From assembly GCA_943704425.1 (NCBI GenBank), contig CALSCP010000986.1, positions 9,435-62,126 on the forward strand: a DNA stretch of 52,692 bases. Direction: 5' to 3'. The notes under the pieces were generated by a model, which had not been told where the DNA came from, ran no database searches, and saw only the letters and a list, made by a program, of their open reading frames with translations. This stretch comes from Ministeria vibrans ATCC 50519 (Eukaryota; Protista; Filasterea). The position numbers were made by a program, and so were the translations under genes. This document shows, one piece after another, positions 34,901-52,692 of this stretch (its first letter is position 1; every line of letters starts with the position of its first letter).

Positions 34901-36727
34901 GAGCGCACACGGCTGGTGGGACCGGGCAGGGCAAAAGGAAGGGAGGTGGCAATCTCGTCGGCAAAGTAGATGCCACTGCCCAGCATGCCGCCGTCGGAGC
35001 GTCGCACACCATGGTCATCGACAGCAACGCTGGGCATGAGTAGACCGCGTTTGAGGATACCAAGGACATTGGCGGGGCGACTGGCGTGCAGCAGTCTACG
35101 CTGGTTGGGCATAGCGCGTGCATAGCGACGGTCGTCGGAGCGCCGGAGGACCTTGTAGACAGCGTCCACAATGAGAGTATCATTAGAAGTGGCAGCGCAA
35201 TCGGTGTTGTTGTTGTTGCTGTTGTTGTTGTACAGTGATGCACACACGTTGGCGTATTCTTCCGAAAGTGCGGCAACGGGAACAAGTTCGGCGCCCAGAG
35301 CATTGTAGCGCTGGTCCGTCTCGTTGCCCGACGAGCCACCGGCGGCCGCATGACCACATGACTCGGAGACGGTCGCTAAATCACGCATCAGTTGGCAAAC
35401 CTCGAGTTGTTGTGCAACCGCTGCGAGCGTGGTGAGCGGTGGTCGCTCAGGAGAGGGAACAAGGGCGTAGTAGTCGTTGGTGAGACGCTGAAGTGTCTTC
35501 TCTGTGGTCGTCGCATTCGTGTGGCGCAGAGTGTTTTCAAGCTGACGCAGCACCGCCTCGGCATCTTCAATGTGCGACAGAGCCAGGGCGCCCACGGGGG
35601 TGCTCACAAGATTTGCAAGTTCCGTTTCGGCGTCGGCAAACAGCTCGTTGACGACGTGCTGCAGAGCCGGCTCGAGGCTGGACGGAGGTGCCGCAGCACG
35701 GGCCCGAGGCGAACCAATGCGAACAGCAGTGAGACGCATCTTGCGACAGAGTGCGGGGGCGGCGGTAAGCTCCTGGTAGACGCAAGCGTAGAGTCGTTCG
35801 GCGTCGTCAAGGGTGTTGGCGTAGCGACAGGTAAAGGTTCCACCCATGGCTGCATTGCTGGTGTCCTTGTCGCTAAGTAGTGTCGACCGATCGATGCAAT
35901 GAGTAAAGACGCGATAGGGGAAGCGTCCACCCGTGAGCGCTTTGGCGGAGACGACGGTGGCGACGTGCAGTTCGACCGCACGATATTCCAGTGACTCATC
36001 AAAATGGTCATCGGCGTCATCATCGCGCGGCAGCGTAGCGGCAACGACACAGCCGCGCGCAATCGAGTAGGCGTCGTCGTCGAAGCACTCGGTGTTCCTG
36101 TCGGAAGGGAACGGCGTGGGTGTGTAGCGACGCAGAAAGTCTGAGTCGGACAGGACAGCAAGCGGATGGCCCGACGACAGAGCGGAGTGCGCAGGGGTAC
36201 AAGGAGTTGTCACCTTGGATGGTAAGGACGCTGCCCCAACGCGACCCTTCCTAAGCTCGTCGCTTGCGCCCAGTGCGACGGGAGCAAAGTCGCGAACTTG
36301 CTGCACAACGCCCGCGCCAAGCGACGCGCTGACGAAGCGCATCGTCACGATGGGGATGCCCCGCTTCTGCGCCGACTTGTACTTGAACGACGTTTCTTTC
36401 AGCCCCTCCGCGACGACGTGCGTGGTCTACAACAGACAGACAGAGGAACAAGCGAAACAGTCAGCAAAAAAAAAACCATAACATTTCCTTTTTTTTTTTT
36501 TTTTGAGTTGCGTTATTCAGAGAGGAAGGGAGTTTGAAGGAGCAATGGGAGAGATACGCGCGTACGTCGTCGGTGATGATGAAGGAGACTACGCCTCCGT
36601 TGCGTGTGATGGCGTTGCGGAGCTTTTGTTTTTCTTTGTAGCCCATGGAAGTGGGCAGATCCAGAGCGAACTGGAGGCCCTCGAAGAGTGTAGAGGGAGG
36701 GTCCTCCTGGCGACGCTGAGTTGGCAT
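28954..36727 (-). CDS. PARP4: Vault PARP (PARP4/VPARP) with inserted ubiquitin-like, actin-fragment and polyPro-WH2-C-A modules; ~2,510 aa
   Basis: Exons 36727-36566, 36426-31576 and 31476-28954 (both introns phase 0, GT-AG). BRCT; regulatory helices; catalytic H-Y-E (LLHAS, GIYFAD, RNEFCVY); VIT ([19 protein letters not shown]); VWA ([12 protein letters not shown]); C-terminal MVP-binding-like DGAW...GIRSLG...RLQLGPSWD. Confidence 0.92.
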
Positions 36728-36900
36728 GGTCAATGTGGAAAGTAAAAATTTTGATTTTTGACTTTTTTGACATGACATAGACAACAGAACCTTTCTGAAA
36801 CTGTTGATATTAAAATGCTCCAACTCCGAATATAATCAGCATTAAGAAAGTAATGAGCATAATTTATTGAATCATTGTAGACGGGTTTGGGGTTTGAGCG

Positions 36901-36904
<4 letters not shown>

Positions 36905-36987
<83 letters not shown>
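36905..36987. repeat. Long pure (GA)n microsatellite
   Basis: Direct reading, about 40 units. Confidence 0.97.
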
Positions 36988-36990
<3 letters not shown>

Positions 36991-37015
36991 GTGTGTGAAA
37001 TAGCAGTTTTGTCGC

Positions 37016-37846
37016 TCAATCAATCGGCTCGCAGTACGCCTCGGGAAAGATTCCCTCTTGGCCGTTACATCGGCCCTTCCTAGAATACACAGTAGTGAGC
37101 TTCAGCACAAAATACACACCAAGCCACGTACCACCAGCCATCTTCGTATTTGGCAGTGACGTCTACAATGTCCCCCTCCATAATGTTCAGCTCGTCTTCC
37201 TTCTGCGACTCATAGTCAAACAGCACACGTGCATGACCAATCACCGGTTCTTCCTCCTCCTCATACTACAGAGATGGAGTATGTTGAGAATAGTGAGTGT
37301 GAGCTCAAAAAAAGGTGTTGATGTTTCATACGTATTGCGCCTCTTGTTCGTCGTCGGAAAACTCATCTTGCGCAGACTGAGTGCTCGGTTGATGTGCTAC
37401 ACAGACAACACACAAAACAATCAGAATGCAACTATTATTCAAATTGTTATATCTTTCTGCGTACTGAGATTGGGTTTGCGCTCGTAACCGCCCACAGAAG
37501 AAATATCTTCAACAGTAAACAGCGCTTGTCTACACGCATTTTTTTAGCACGTCCCGTCCCATCAATCCGTGCACAAAAAAAACAGTGAAAAACTATTAAT
37601 TGAATGTTACCTATGATCGTGCGAATCCTGCTGGAGAGTAATCATGGTCTTGAACTCGTGGTCTGGCTTGCTCCGGCCCAGTGCCTCGCACAGCGAACTC
37701 TCCATCTTGTAGATGGTCGCCCGCAGGGACAAAATCCGCCGTTTGTTGTCGTTTAGTTGCTCCATCACATCAGCCTAAGCATTATAACATCATTATAATT
37801 ATTATATCACCTGGATACTCTCTCCTTCTATATCTCTTTGTATGTG

Positions 37847-37881
<35 letters not shown>

Positions 37882-38953
37882 CTGTACCTGGCCCTGCTCG
37901 TCCGCAAATGACGGTGTCTGGTTGTAGCGTTCAGCGAGGTTCTCAATTCCAGCAAGGGTCTTCTCTGTGGCTCTCAAGTCCTCCTCAAACACCCGAATGC
38001 GCTGCTCGAGACGCGTCTGACGCCGTTGCGCGTCCATTGGATTGCGCTTATCCTCCTCCTACATACATATATGTACACACACAGAGAAAGGAGGAATGAA
38101 GAGAGGAATAAAGAGAAAGAGAGAGAGAGGAGAAAGAAACAAAGTGATAGAGAGAGAGAGAAAGTGTGTGTGTGTGAGAGAGAGGAGGGAGAAGGAAAGA
38201 CACAAAGTGAAAGTGATAGCAAAAGACAGTAAAATAAATGTGAGTGAGTGTGTGCAACTCGCATAAGAGCTGATTGTGGTACGTAGCAGTCGTAAAGGAC
38301 CTCGGGCGGTCGTGTAGAGCCCGTTCCTTTAATTTCAGCCGCTTTTTGAATATCTCCAAGTTCGTCAATGGATGTCACAGCAGATTCCAATCGAGAACAT
38401 CCCTATAAAAGAAGAAAAATGAGTTCGTTCATTCTATTCGTTTTTTTTTCTCTATCATGTTTGGTACCGTTTCGTGTTCGTGAAGGAACGACTGCAGATT
38501 CTGTTGGTACTGCGACAAAAGAGCCTTCAAGTAGCTTAATCGCGATGCTTCAAGCACTTGCAATTCCTATAATACAATAATGAAAAAATAAAATACAATA
38601 GATTAAAGCCCATCCTCGCTGGTTCTCTCTCCCTCACACACAATCTCATTGGTCGCTCCTCTCCCACACCCAACGTCGCCCAAACATCTCTCTGTCACTT
38701 GTCTCTCACTGCGTACATGGCACCCGTGCTCCATTGCGGCCTCCCACTGCCGTCGTGCCTTCTCCAGCTTCTTCACGCCCACTCGGTACTCCTTGTCCTT
38801 CTTCTCAACCTCCTCCTCCAGCTTCTTCGCACTCTTCAGATACTTGGAAATTTCCTTGTCCGTGTACACACGCCCCTTGCCACTGTTGGCGCTCGTGTAC
38901 TGGTCCCAAGCCGTCTCCATATCGCGCACTTTGAAAAAGTACGATCTCTTGAG
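37016..38953 (-). CDS. NOSTRIN: F-BAR + HR1 + SH3 protein, NOSTRIN-like (5' part lost at the assembly gap)
   Basis: F-BAR C-terminal half ([17 protein letters not shown]), PEVLYDCY|[15 protein letters not shown]1 ([17 protein letters not shown]...IYKM), SH3 ([21 protein letters not shown]...DGWW|KG...GIFPEAY). Confidence 0.8.
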
Positions 38954-39056
38954 CTGTGTGTACGTACAAACACACACACAAAAAGAGAATCAGACATTCT
39001 ATCACTTTGACTCTCGCTTTGGCTTCTTTCTCCGTCCTTTCTCTCTCTCTCCTCCT

Positions 39057-39132
<76 letters not shown>

Positions 39133-39141
39133 NNNNNNNNN
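39133..39141. other. Assembly gap (9 N) next to a (CA)n(TA)n tract
   Basis: Run of N that truncates the genes on both sides. Confidence 0.99.
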
Positions 39142-39205
39142 CAGGTCAAGTTAGACGCCAATATGCTTCGGCGTCACCTTGAAACTAAACGTCGTCTTTT
39201 GTTAC

Positions 39206-39770
39206 CCTCCTCCGCTGCGAGGCTCACGGCGTCCGCCACTGCGCGAGAACTCCACAACAATCCTAAGAGTGGGACGGGGCCCAGGGGAATGCGATGTGGT
39301 GAGGAGAGCGACAGCACGAGCGAAGTGAGTCACTTCAGACTAACACAGAGAGAGAGAGAGAGAGAGAGGGAGAGACAGATAGACAGACAAACAAACAAAC
39401 AAGACCCGATCGGGCTGCCTGCCGGCGGGGGGGTGCGCAGGCAGGGCGGGGGGCGGAGGGCGCGTACCGTTCGCCGCAGAAGTCGCGGCCGTTGAGGTTG
39501 TAGACGGCGTCGTCGGCATCGCGCGGATCGTCAAACTCAAGAAACCCATAGCCCTGCTTTAATGCCATCGACCGGATCTACCAGACCAGAGCGCGCTGTG
39601 TGTTAGCCGTCCCCATCCCCCTGGCCCGCCACGTGTCCAACGAAGCAGCCATTGTATTTTTCTTTTCTTTTTTTCTTATTGATTACTCGGCCGTATTTTC
39701 CAAACGCGCGTTCTACGTCGCGTTCGCGAGCACTGTGGTGGAGGCGGCCAATATAGATTCGATTGCTCAT
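39206..39770 (-). CDS. SR splicing factor SRSF4/5/6-like, RRM1 only (3' part lost at the gap)
   Basis: MSNRIYIGRL...ERDVERAFGKYGR|IRSMALKQGYGFLEFDDPRDADDAVYNLNGRDFCGER|IVVEFSR. Exons 39770-39687, 39577-39468 and 39262-39206. Confidence 0.9.
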
Positions 39771-39940
39771 ATTGAAATAAACTGTAATCCAATTATCCAA
39801 AAAGAATATAAAAGATGCAATTTGAAAACAAAAGTTATAATGTACGACGTGAAGATGTTGATCATGATGCTGCTGGGGATAGTAGTAGTAGGAGGTAGTG
39901 GTGGTGGTGGTGGTGGTGTTGGTAGTCGGTGAACGCTTGA

Positions 39941-40836
39941 TCATAATTCAACGACAATCGGCCCCACATCGGTCGTTTGCACTGCGCCCACCGCCGATGC
40001 AATCCGCTCCGCAACGGCACACACTTCGGCAATCTGAGAAGCGGCACTTGGTGCTTGCAACGTGGCAAGAACAGATGAAATGGGAGTGCCTTCGATGCGA
40101 GCGCTGGCGCTGGCGCTGCTGCTGCTGCTGACGGCCACCTTGGCAAGTGCACTACACAGCATCATTCGCAGTCAGGGTGCAACGTCACCCTTGGTTGCGC
40201 TCGTTGGTTTTCTCTACCTGTACTCTTCTGCGCGGTCCACCCCTGTCTTTCCGGACACAGACTGTTGGTTGATGTCGATTAAATTGCTGCACAAGAAGTG
40301 TGTGTGAGTGAAGACACTCTTTGTGTCGACCCCAACGCATTCACAGCACAGCGATGCAGCGCAGCACACAAAGCGCGCGGTGGGCGGTCGCGGGTGTGGG
40401 GGTGTGTGACGGGGGCGGAGGGGGCGCGAGGCGCGTCGCGTCTTTCGGTGGACATGCGACCGTTTTTGAGACACGCTTACTCGGTTGTTCTCTGGATGAT
40501 GGCGTTGAAGAAGTCCTCGTTCTCGTCCAGCTGCTGGTCTGTGTATGTTCTCGGTCGACTAGGCGGGCGGACAGCGAGGGTGAGGCGCGTGAAGAGTGGT
40601 TTTTTTTCCGTTTTTACCTTGGGGAGTCTGCGGCACCGTACGCGTCACCCGCCGATAAGCCTTGGCCCGAGTACGCGTCGTGGGCATTGGCGGGTGTGCC
40701 GCCAGCATTGGCCCCAGCAAACTGCGAGGTCGGTGCGCGCTGACGGTCTGAGTCTGCAGGAAGAGGAAGAGGATCAGTCGTGCGAGGGCCCATGCAGCCG
40801 CGCCCCACCGTCTGGTTTGCTAACGGGGCAGCCCAT
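39941..40836 (-). CDS. LAMTOR1: Ragulator scaffold LAMTOR1/p18-like
   Basis: MGC lipidation start, ENEDFFNAIIQRTTDNLIDI, DRAEEYS, and C-terminal VAERIASAVGAVQTTDVGPIVVEL, which parallel LAMTOR1 motifs. Five exons. Confidence 0.75.
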
Positions 40837-40968
40837 GTGGGTGAGAGAGCGTTAGAGTGTGACGTGTAAGGCCGAGTGCCGAGTGAAATATGAATAATCA
40901 ATACTGTTGTTTTGGATTTTGGATTTTGGAACTTTGGTTCGAGCAAACGACATGTTTTTTTTTTCATT

Positions 40969-42621
40969 CTATTCGTCGAGGGGCTGAGGCTCATAGAGAC
41001 AGTCGATGAAAGTGCCGGCAAGCTCACCGACAAGAGAGCGGTCGGGAATGGCCTGGGCCATGCCGTAGATGGCGGCCGAGCCTGACGCCTTGGTCGACGG
41101 AGTGCGGAGGATCTCAGCAAGCGACTCGCGCACATCGTGGAGAAAGCGGTCGGCGACGCCCTCCTCGGTGTGGAGACGGGTGCAGCACAAGTGAATGCTG
41201 CGGAGGAAGAAAAAATTGGAAGGGGGATGGTGTAAGAAAGAGGGGGCTTACCTCGAGGGGAACTGAAGGGAGTTGAGGTTCCAGCCGCGTTCGGTGAGCA
41301 TTCCACCAAGACGGTAAATGTCGAAAATAGGACTCTCAAAGGCAACTACCGACACAAGTGGAGTGCCACAGAGCGCAAGACCTTCCATTCCCTTGATCCT
41401 ACACACACAGTCAGAGAAAGAAACAAAGGGAGACAGAGAAAAACAAAGAGAGACGGAGAGAAAAACAGAGAGACGGAGAGAAACACGCGCACACACTGTC
41501 ACTTACTCCTCTGCAATGTAACGGGCAGTCTGGATGATCTTGCGCGTATACTCAACATACCCCGAGTGGCCAATGTGCATCATGGCCGCCCAGGTCGCCG
41601 CAATCAGTCCTCCAGGACGACTGCCCGCCACTACAGACAAAAAAAAAGAGACAAAAAGAAGGAAGAAACAAAGTGATAGAGAGGAGGAGAATACCAACAA
41701 CAGACTGTCAGTGTGGTGTCTATGTGTGTGAATCGCGTGTGAATCGTACATGAGGGACTGGCATAGACTCCTCCGGTCCAGTCAGGACACACAAAGTACT
41801 GGAAGAAGCGCAGACGACGTGAGTTGTACAGGATAGTCGAGGTACCCTTGACGGCATAGCCATACTTGTGCGTGTCGCACGAGATCTATACAATAGAAAG
41901 AGAGAGAGTACGCGTGTGTAAGTGTAGTGAGGAGATACAAACAGACATGGAAGATTGGCGTACAGAGGAGACGCCCTTGAGGCGGAAGTCAAAGGGCGGA
42001 ATGGGGAAGCCAGCGTCCTCCATGAAGGGCACAAGGAATCCGCCTAGACAGCAGTCGACGTGCAGACCAATGTTGTACCGCACAGCCAGGAACGACAACT
42101 CTTCGATCGGGTCCATGATACTGCACACACAACACAATAGAAGCAGTGGGTGAGTACATGTTGTGTGTGACGCAGTGACAGACAAAGTGAATAAGTGAGT
42201 GTTGACTCAGTCACAGCGAGTGTGTAAAAGAGTGTGACTGAATAAATGGGTGTGTCTTGTGCGCATACCCATGAGGAAACCCAGGGCACGATCCGACGAT
42301 GAAGGCAGTGTTACGGGTAATGGCACGCTCCACATCGCGAGGGTTGCAAGCACGTGTCTTGTAGTCGACGGGAACGTGGATCATCTTGATGTCCAGCATC
42401 TGTGCGGCCTTGTCAAATGCAGCGTGTGCCGACACGGGACAGATACTGCACGAAAGAATGGTATATTTTGGTGTCAGTGCTGAGAGAGAGAGAGACAGAG
42501 ACAGATTTCTCAAACGAGTCGCATGCTCAAACAACTCGCACGCTCCTTTCCCTTCCTCTCTCATCTCTCTATCAAATGCACCCTTCTTTTTCCTCTCTCT
42601 CTCTCTCTCTCTATCACTTTG

Positions 42622-42652
<31 letters not shown>

Positions 42653-44064
42653 ATCAGACGTATCATTCTTTGTCCTCTCTCTTTCTTTCTCTCTCTAACC
42701 CGAACCCTCTCACACGCACACACGTACAACTCTGGGTTCTCAATGCCTCGGTCGCGTGCTCGGTCGCGGTACGCCTTGCATGCCATAATAATGCTCTCGG
42801 TGCCACCCGACGTCATCGTTCCGCAGCACTCGGGCGCCTCTCCGTGGTACATAGCAATGACCATGGCAACTACCTCGGCTTCCATACGTCGCACTCCCGG
42901 GAACACATCCGGGTGCAGTGGGTTTGTCAGCGCAAAACGCGAGTACGCAGTGCACAGAAACTCTGTCAGCTGATCCCCGCCGTGGTACACCGCCCCCGAG
43001 CACGCCCCTCCACGCCAGTCCACATGGCCCATCGATTCCAGAAATTTCAGATCCTACACCATCAACAAACCCAACAGAAAAAAAAACAAAGGAAAAGAAA
43101 CAACAACAACGACAAAGGATATTAATATTTCGCTTTTGTGTCGAATGGAGATCGCGCATGCAAAATTGGGTACCTTGAGAAGTTGTTTTTGCGTCGTTCC
43201 ATTGGGCGGCAGCGCCGTGATCACCTTCTCGCCGGGCACTTTTGTGAGTAGGCTGCGCTTCACGTCCATAGCCGACTTGTCCACTTCCTTCTGGATGAGT
43301 GCTCCAATCACGGGGGCGGTGCGCAGCGTGCGGAAGAACTGACGACGAATACGCGTGAGGAGCGCTAAGCACAAGGCACACCCGTTACACACACACTCAT
43401 GAACTTCCTTTGCTTTTTCGTTTTTTTGCTTTCTTACAGTCACGCTTGAACAGAAAGGCGTGCAGTTTGACGGCAAACAGTGTGGCAAACACGGAGAGCA
43501 CGATGAGCTGCCAGACGGCGTACTACGGGATCAACAGCGAATGAGACGGACGCAGTTGATCGCCCAACGGAGCCCCCAGGAGCCCACGCGAGCCAGCGGA
43601 CTGGCGGGGGGAGAGGGGGGTACGCTGCTGTGGTCCTGGACATCCGTGGTCATCAGAGTGATGTCGTGTGTTGATGGATCATGGGATGAGGTTTTGTGTT
43701 TTTTTTTTTTCACGTGAAGTTAGTGGGCCAAAGAGAAGCGGAGTTTGCTCTTGATTTGGCCACGCATGGGTGGGTGGGATAGGTGGGGCAGCGGGGTGGG
43801 GAGCATCGAGCAGCAGATGACGAAATGGCGTTTACCGAAGAGCCGAATTGGTTGATGCGGTCGCGCAGGCACTCCCAGTGCGGGCGCGCCATGGCCAGGA
43901 CGAGGGCGACATCCTAGGGGGCGGTTGAGGGGTGGGCGAGGCAATGGAGGATGAATTGGGAAGTGTACCTTTTGCTCGAGGAGTGAGTGGACAAAGGAGC
44001 AGACGCTGCCGTGGAGCGGCTGCGACGCAAACAGGGCCAGGACGGCCGAGAGCATGCACATCAT
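40969..44064 (-). CDS. SGPL1: Sphingosine-1-phosphate lyase (PLP-dependent)
   Basis: TM segment [84 protein letters not shown] (PLP lysine), AGSRPGG, AIYGMAQ. The start codon is uncertain. Confidence 0.95.
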
Positions 44065-44205
44065 CGTGCAGTCAGTCAAATAAAAGTACCTTGGTTCTAT
44101 TTATTTTTTTAAGGAGCGAAGTTAAGTCCTAAAGGTTGATTAACAGATCGATGAGTGATTTCAAAACACTTTTAGTCTCTCTCTGTGTCTCTCCCTTTCT
44201 CTCTC

Positions 44206-45329
44206 ATGCAACGCTTAACGCCCCGCGCCCTGTCGGGCATCAAAACAGTTCTGTTTGATTGTGACGGGGTTCTTTGGAGGGGAACGGAGTCCATTGAAGG
44301 CGCTGCCGAAGCAGTGAGTGCTCTCCGCAAGGCAGGCAAGCTGGTACGCACTACACGACACACTCGCTCGCCCATCGCCGCCCGCTGCTCACCGCTCCGC
44401 ATGCTCCTTCTGTTCCACTAGGTGTTGTTCTTGACGAACAACAGCACGAAGAGCCGGCAGCAGTACGTGGAGCGCCTTGCACGGGCGGGCATTCCCGACA
44501 CGCCGAGCCATGCCATCTTCCCGTCCTCCTTCATTGCCGCCGACCATCTGGCCACGCTCGTTGCCAAGGACGAGCGAGTCTTTGTCGTGGGCGACGTGGG
44601 ACTGGAGCAAGAGTTGGATATTGCTGGAGTGGCCCGCACGGGCGGCACAGGGTTCACGGAGCAGTGGCACTCGGTGGCGGACGCGGTGCTCGACACACTC
44701 GATGCAAGCGTGCGCGCCGTCGTCGTCGGTTTCGACATGCACGCGACCTATGCCAAGATTGCCACGGCACATGCACATCTAATGCGACAGAACAGCGCCA
44801 CCGGTGAGCCCGCATGTGTGTTTGTGGGCACCAACGGCGACCGATCACTGCCCGTCACGCAGGGCCAGACAGTCCCAGGCAATGGTTTTGCCCTGGCGGG
44901 TCTCAGCGCGTCGACGGGTCGCACTCCCACTATTGTCGGCAAACCCGCTCGGTCCGCTTGGGACTGCATTCGTCGCACTCACCCGTCTATTGCACCCGAG
45001 TCCACGCTGATGGTGGGCGATCGCCTCGACACAGACATTCTCTTTGGCCAAAACGTAACAGGAGATAGATAGATAGATAGAGAGGGAGAAAGAGGGGAGG
45101 GGGGGGAGAGACAGGGAGAGACAGAGAGAGAAACAAAGTGATAGAAAGTGAGAAAGTGATAAGTGGGAGGGAATTGTAACATTCATGTTTTTCATAGGCA
45201 AATCTGAAGACGCTTTTGGTACTCAGTGGAGTGACGTCGCACGCACAGGCGCACAGTGACGCCACGCGCACCGTCACACCCGACTTTGTCGCAGAGAGTG
45301 CCGCTGAGCTCATGCATTGCCTTTCTTGA
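44206..45329 (+). CDS. HAD subfamily IIA phosphatase (phosphoglycolate/pyridoxal-phosphate phosphatase-like)
   Basis: LFDCDGVLWRG, FLTNNSTKSR, VGKP, MVGDRLDTDILFG, TLLVLSGVT. Two introns. Confidence 0.93.
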
Positions 45330-45386
45330 CCCCCATTTGTGAATAATAACAAGTCGGTTGCGTGGTTTTGTACAAAGAAATGCCAA

Positions 45387-46576
45387 TCAATCGGGTGATT
45401 CGATTGATTTGAGAGAGGAGTTTGTTGTGATGGGGAGAGTCGAGGGTTTGTGTTTGTGGGGGAAAAGCGGCTGGGACTGCGACGAATCGCTGTTGGAGAG
45501 AAGGAGCGGTGTGGTAGGACTACTTTCGGTCGAGGTCGGCTGAGTGGGGTGGGAAGGAAGGAGGAAGGCGCACCAGAGGGCGTTTGCGTCGGCCGAGTGT
45601 ACTGATGCGGCGAAGATGGCAACAATGGCGAGGATGTCAAGGGGCAGCAGGATAACCGAGACGTAGGTGGTGATGCGGTGGGTAAGTTGCAGTTGGAGGA
45701 GCGTCGAGAAGACGATGAGTGGCAGGTAGCGCAGTGTGGTGGCTGTGGTGCGCAGACGCCAGTCGAGCATCGTGTCATGCGTGACGCGCCGCGACATGTG
45801 CACGCGAACCAGTATCACAGCGTGGTAGACAATCAGAAGAAAGGCGCTTGTGGTGGCTACTGATAGCGGTATCAGCAGAAGATCCCAGTCCGTGCTCTGA
45901 AGTACAATGCCGCCGAGACGAAGGCCAACAACGACCGACTCGCTCGCAATGGCAAGCGAGAAGAGCAATGCGACAGCCGCATCGCGCATGGTCGACGCAA
46001 TCTGCACGTCACTTGCTTCTGCGCCCGCCTCCTCCTCTTTCTTGGCGGCGTGGCAGAGGACCGTGTGCAGCGGTTCGGCACAGCGGACAAGACCGAAAGT
46101 GCACAAAAAAATCCACGTCGCTAAAGTTGCGCCGTGTCGCCCTGACAAAGCCAGTGGCAGTGTGAGCGAAGCAGCCAAGAGTAGCAACACAAAAGGCACT
46201 CTGTGAAGAAGCTGGAGCAGGCTGGGACGCAACAGTTCGCTGCGAGTAGTTCAAAGAAACCGAAAACGAAAAGAAAAGATGGAATAAAAAGGTCAACACA
46301 CACAAAACTCGAATTATTTCCACTTTCTCACCTGGTTGCGTCGTCAAGGCGTCTCCATACCATCACCCCAATCACGGCTCCAACGCCCCACAGCAGAAAG
46401 AAGAGCCAGAGCGGCGCCATGGCGACGTACGGCGAGGGAATCCATCCGTCCAGATGGAAGCCAAACAGGAGAAGACTCAGCAAAGTCGCAACGGCACCCG
46501 CGAGCTTTTCCACGTCGTGCCGTTGACAGAACGGCTGGCTTTGCTCATCGTGGTGTGTACCAGACTGCGGTGGCAT
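45387..46576 (-). CDS. Multi-pass membrane protein, TMEM185/TMEM60/TMEM203-like
   Basis: Repeated hairpin motif: LLFGFHLDGWIP...APLW, LRLGG...WDLLLIPL, LQLTH...VILLPL. One intron near 46330-46240. Confidence 0.65.
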
Positions 46577-47135
46577 TGTAAATATTAAATATTTGAATAA
46601 ATATCGAATCAAACAAACGGAAATCGCGATTTGTAAGCTCACGCATAACGTGCGCATAACTCCCTCGCTCTCCCTTGCCCAGCGCCAGCCTTGTGCCAGA
46701 ACATGGATTATGGACTTGTGGTGTTTTTGGACCCTATCGCGCCACTTGTCTAGCCATCAGTCACTAGGCGGTGACTCAGGGTGTGAGTGGGAAGGGGGGG
46801 GATTAATGCTCGTTGGTAGTTGTCAGTGGGGAGGGAGAATGTGTGGTCTCGCTGTGATAGAGGGGAGGGGGCCAGGGGGGGTACTACCCTGTTAGGGAGG
46901 CGGGTGGTCCCATGGAATTTGTGGTGTGGTGGCCGTGTGAGTAGCGTGTGAGTAGATGTGAGATCGAAATTTCCACTTTCTTTTCTTTCCTTCGCCTTTT
47001 GTCCGAAATTCCGCACACTCGATCGAATTTAGAGTGCGTTGTGCCCTTGTGGCTGTGTTTACATGTCAGAGAGTCCCTTTGTGGTGGTGGAGTGGATCAG
47101 TTGCTGATTGTGTGTTTGTTTTTATAGATTTGATT

Positions 47136-51800
<4,665 letters not shown>

Positions 51801-52216
51801 TTACACATTCATTGTTCATTTACTAATTCGCCTGCATGCTCCAAATCCCCACTCTCTCCGACCTCTTTCTCTTTCTCCCCGCCGTCGCCAACCCCAACAA
51901 ATTCAACTCTATTATTCTGTTTAAATTAAACTTTCAGGTGAGTTTCATTGGTATACAAGCCAACAACAGTCTCTCGATTACAACACTGCATATCAATAGC
52001 AGCATTGCTGACTAAGTTTTCTCAAGGCACCCATCCCTCTCACTCCACAATCCGCACTCGTGTTGTTCAGCAAGAGTTCTACAAGTTCGTTTTCTCTTAT
52101 CGAACACAAAAACACAAACATCACTCCTCTTCATATGGAAACCATCAACACTGTGGAGGGGTGTCATGAAGTCCCGTGATATAGTGGGAATATAGTGGTC
52201 CTTTCTCTCTCTCTCT

Positions 52217-52280
52217 CTCTATCACTTTGTTTCTCTCTCTATCACTTTGGTTCTCTCTCTATCACTTTGTTTCTCTCTCT
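52217..52280. repeat. Three tandem copies of a 20-bp unit CTCTATCACTTTG(T/G)TTCTCT within a CT tract
   Basis: Direct reading; the same core is dispersed elsewhere in the window. Confidence 0.9.
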
Positions 52281-52292
52281 CCCTCTCTCTTT

Positions 52293-52327
<35 letters not shown>

Positions 52328-52692
52328 GGTACCACATGAAGCACCTTTTACCGCCCCTTCGGTGAGTTTCGTCGCCTTTGTCACCCTCTTTCGCTTCGCA
52401 AACTCCTCGGACACAACTGTTTGACTTCTGCCCGAGGATTTCAAAAAAAAAAAAAAAAAACTGTTTGACTCCGACGCGTCGCGCAGTCGCCCATGGTCAG
52501 TCGCATTTCCGATAGAGCACTGATTGTACTCACCAAAAATCAAGCAGCCGCTTCAGATAGATGGGTAGAAGATTGTCTTGTACATGAAGCTTTTGCCCGA
52601 GGGCTTCCAAATCGCATCTCCTACACAGTCGTCATACTGCCGTTGTGCCGTAACCCCTTCTCATGTCCACATTCGTGTACTTAAGTCTACTC

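Noticed and set aside
51850-52692. Possible gene fragments at the right edge
   Set aside because: Only short ORFs without recognisable motifs; no consistent exon chain could be built.

Overview
This is eukaryotic, gene-dense DNA with short GT-AG introns (often ~50-100 nt) rich in CT/CA microsatellites and two N-gaps. The gene content fits a flagellated unicellular holozoan-like protist (inference). About 20 genes can be assembled by hand: a giant secreted ELWxxDGT-repeat + tandem-EGF protein (runs off the left edge), mitochondrial ProRS, a GH27 alpha-galactosidase with an obligatory 5-nt microexon, a CLAMP/C1a-32 flagellar protein, a small secreted protein, an HSL-family lipase, a Trx/KMT2A-B-type methyltransferase, a 5' fragment of MED6, a caspase-fold/winged-helix protein, MIS18BP1/KNL2, PARP4, NOSTRIN and an SR protein (both cut by a gap), LAMTOR1, SGPL1, a HAD-IIA phosphatase, a TMEM185/60-like protein and a WD40-Roc-COR protein. 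The standout is the ~2,510-aa vault PARP4. Between its VWA and C-terminal MVP-binding domains it carries a non-cleavable ubiquitin, the first ~72 residues of actin with an intact D-loop, and a polyproline-WH2-central-acidic (WASP-like) module, which suggests an integrated-decoy sensor. The second highlight is the kinase-less Roco protein whose WD40 repeats are each encoded by one 126-nt symmetric exon. All gene models and family calls come from manual reading and motif recognition, not database searches.
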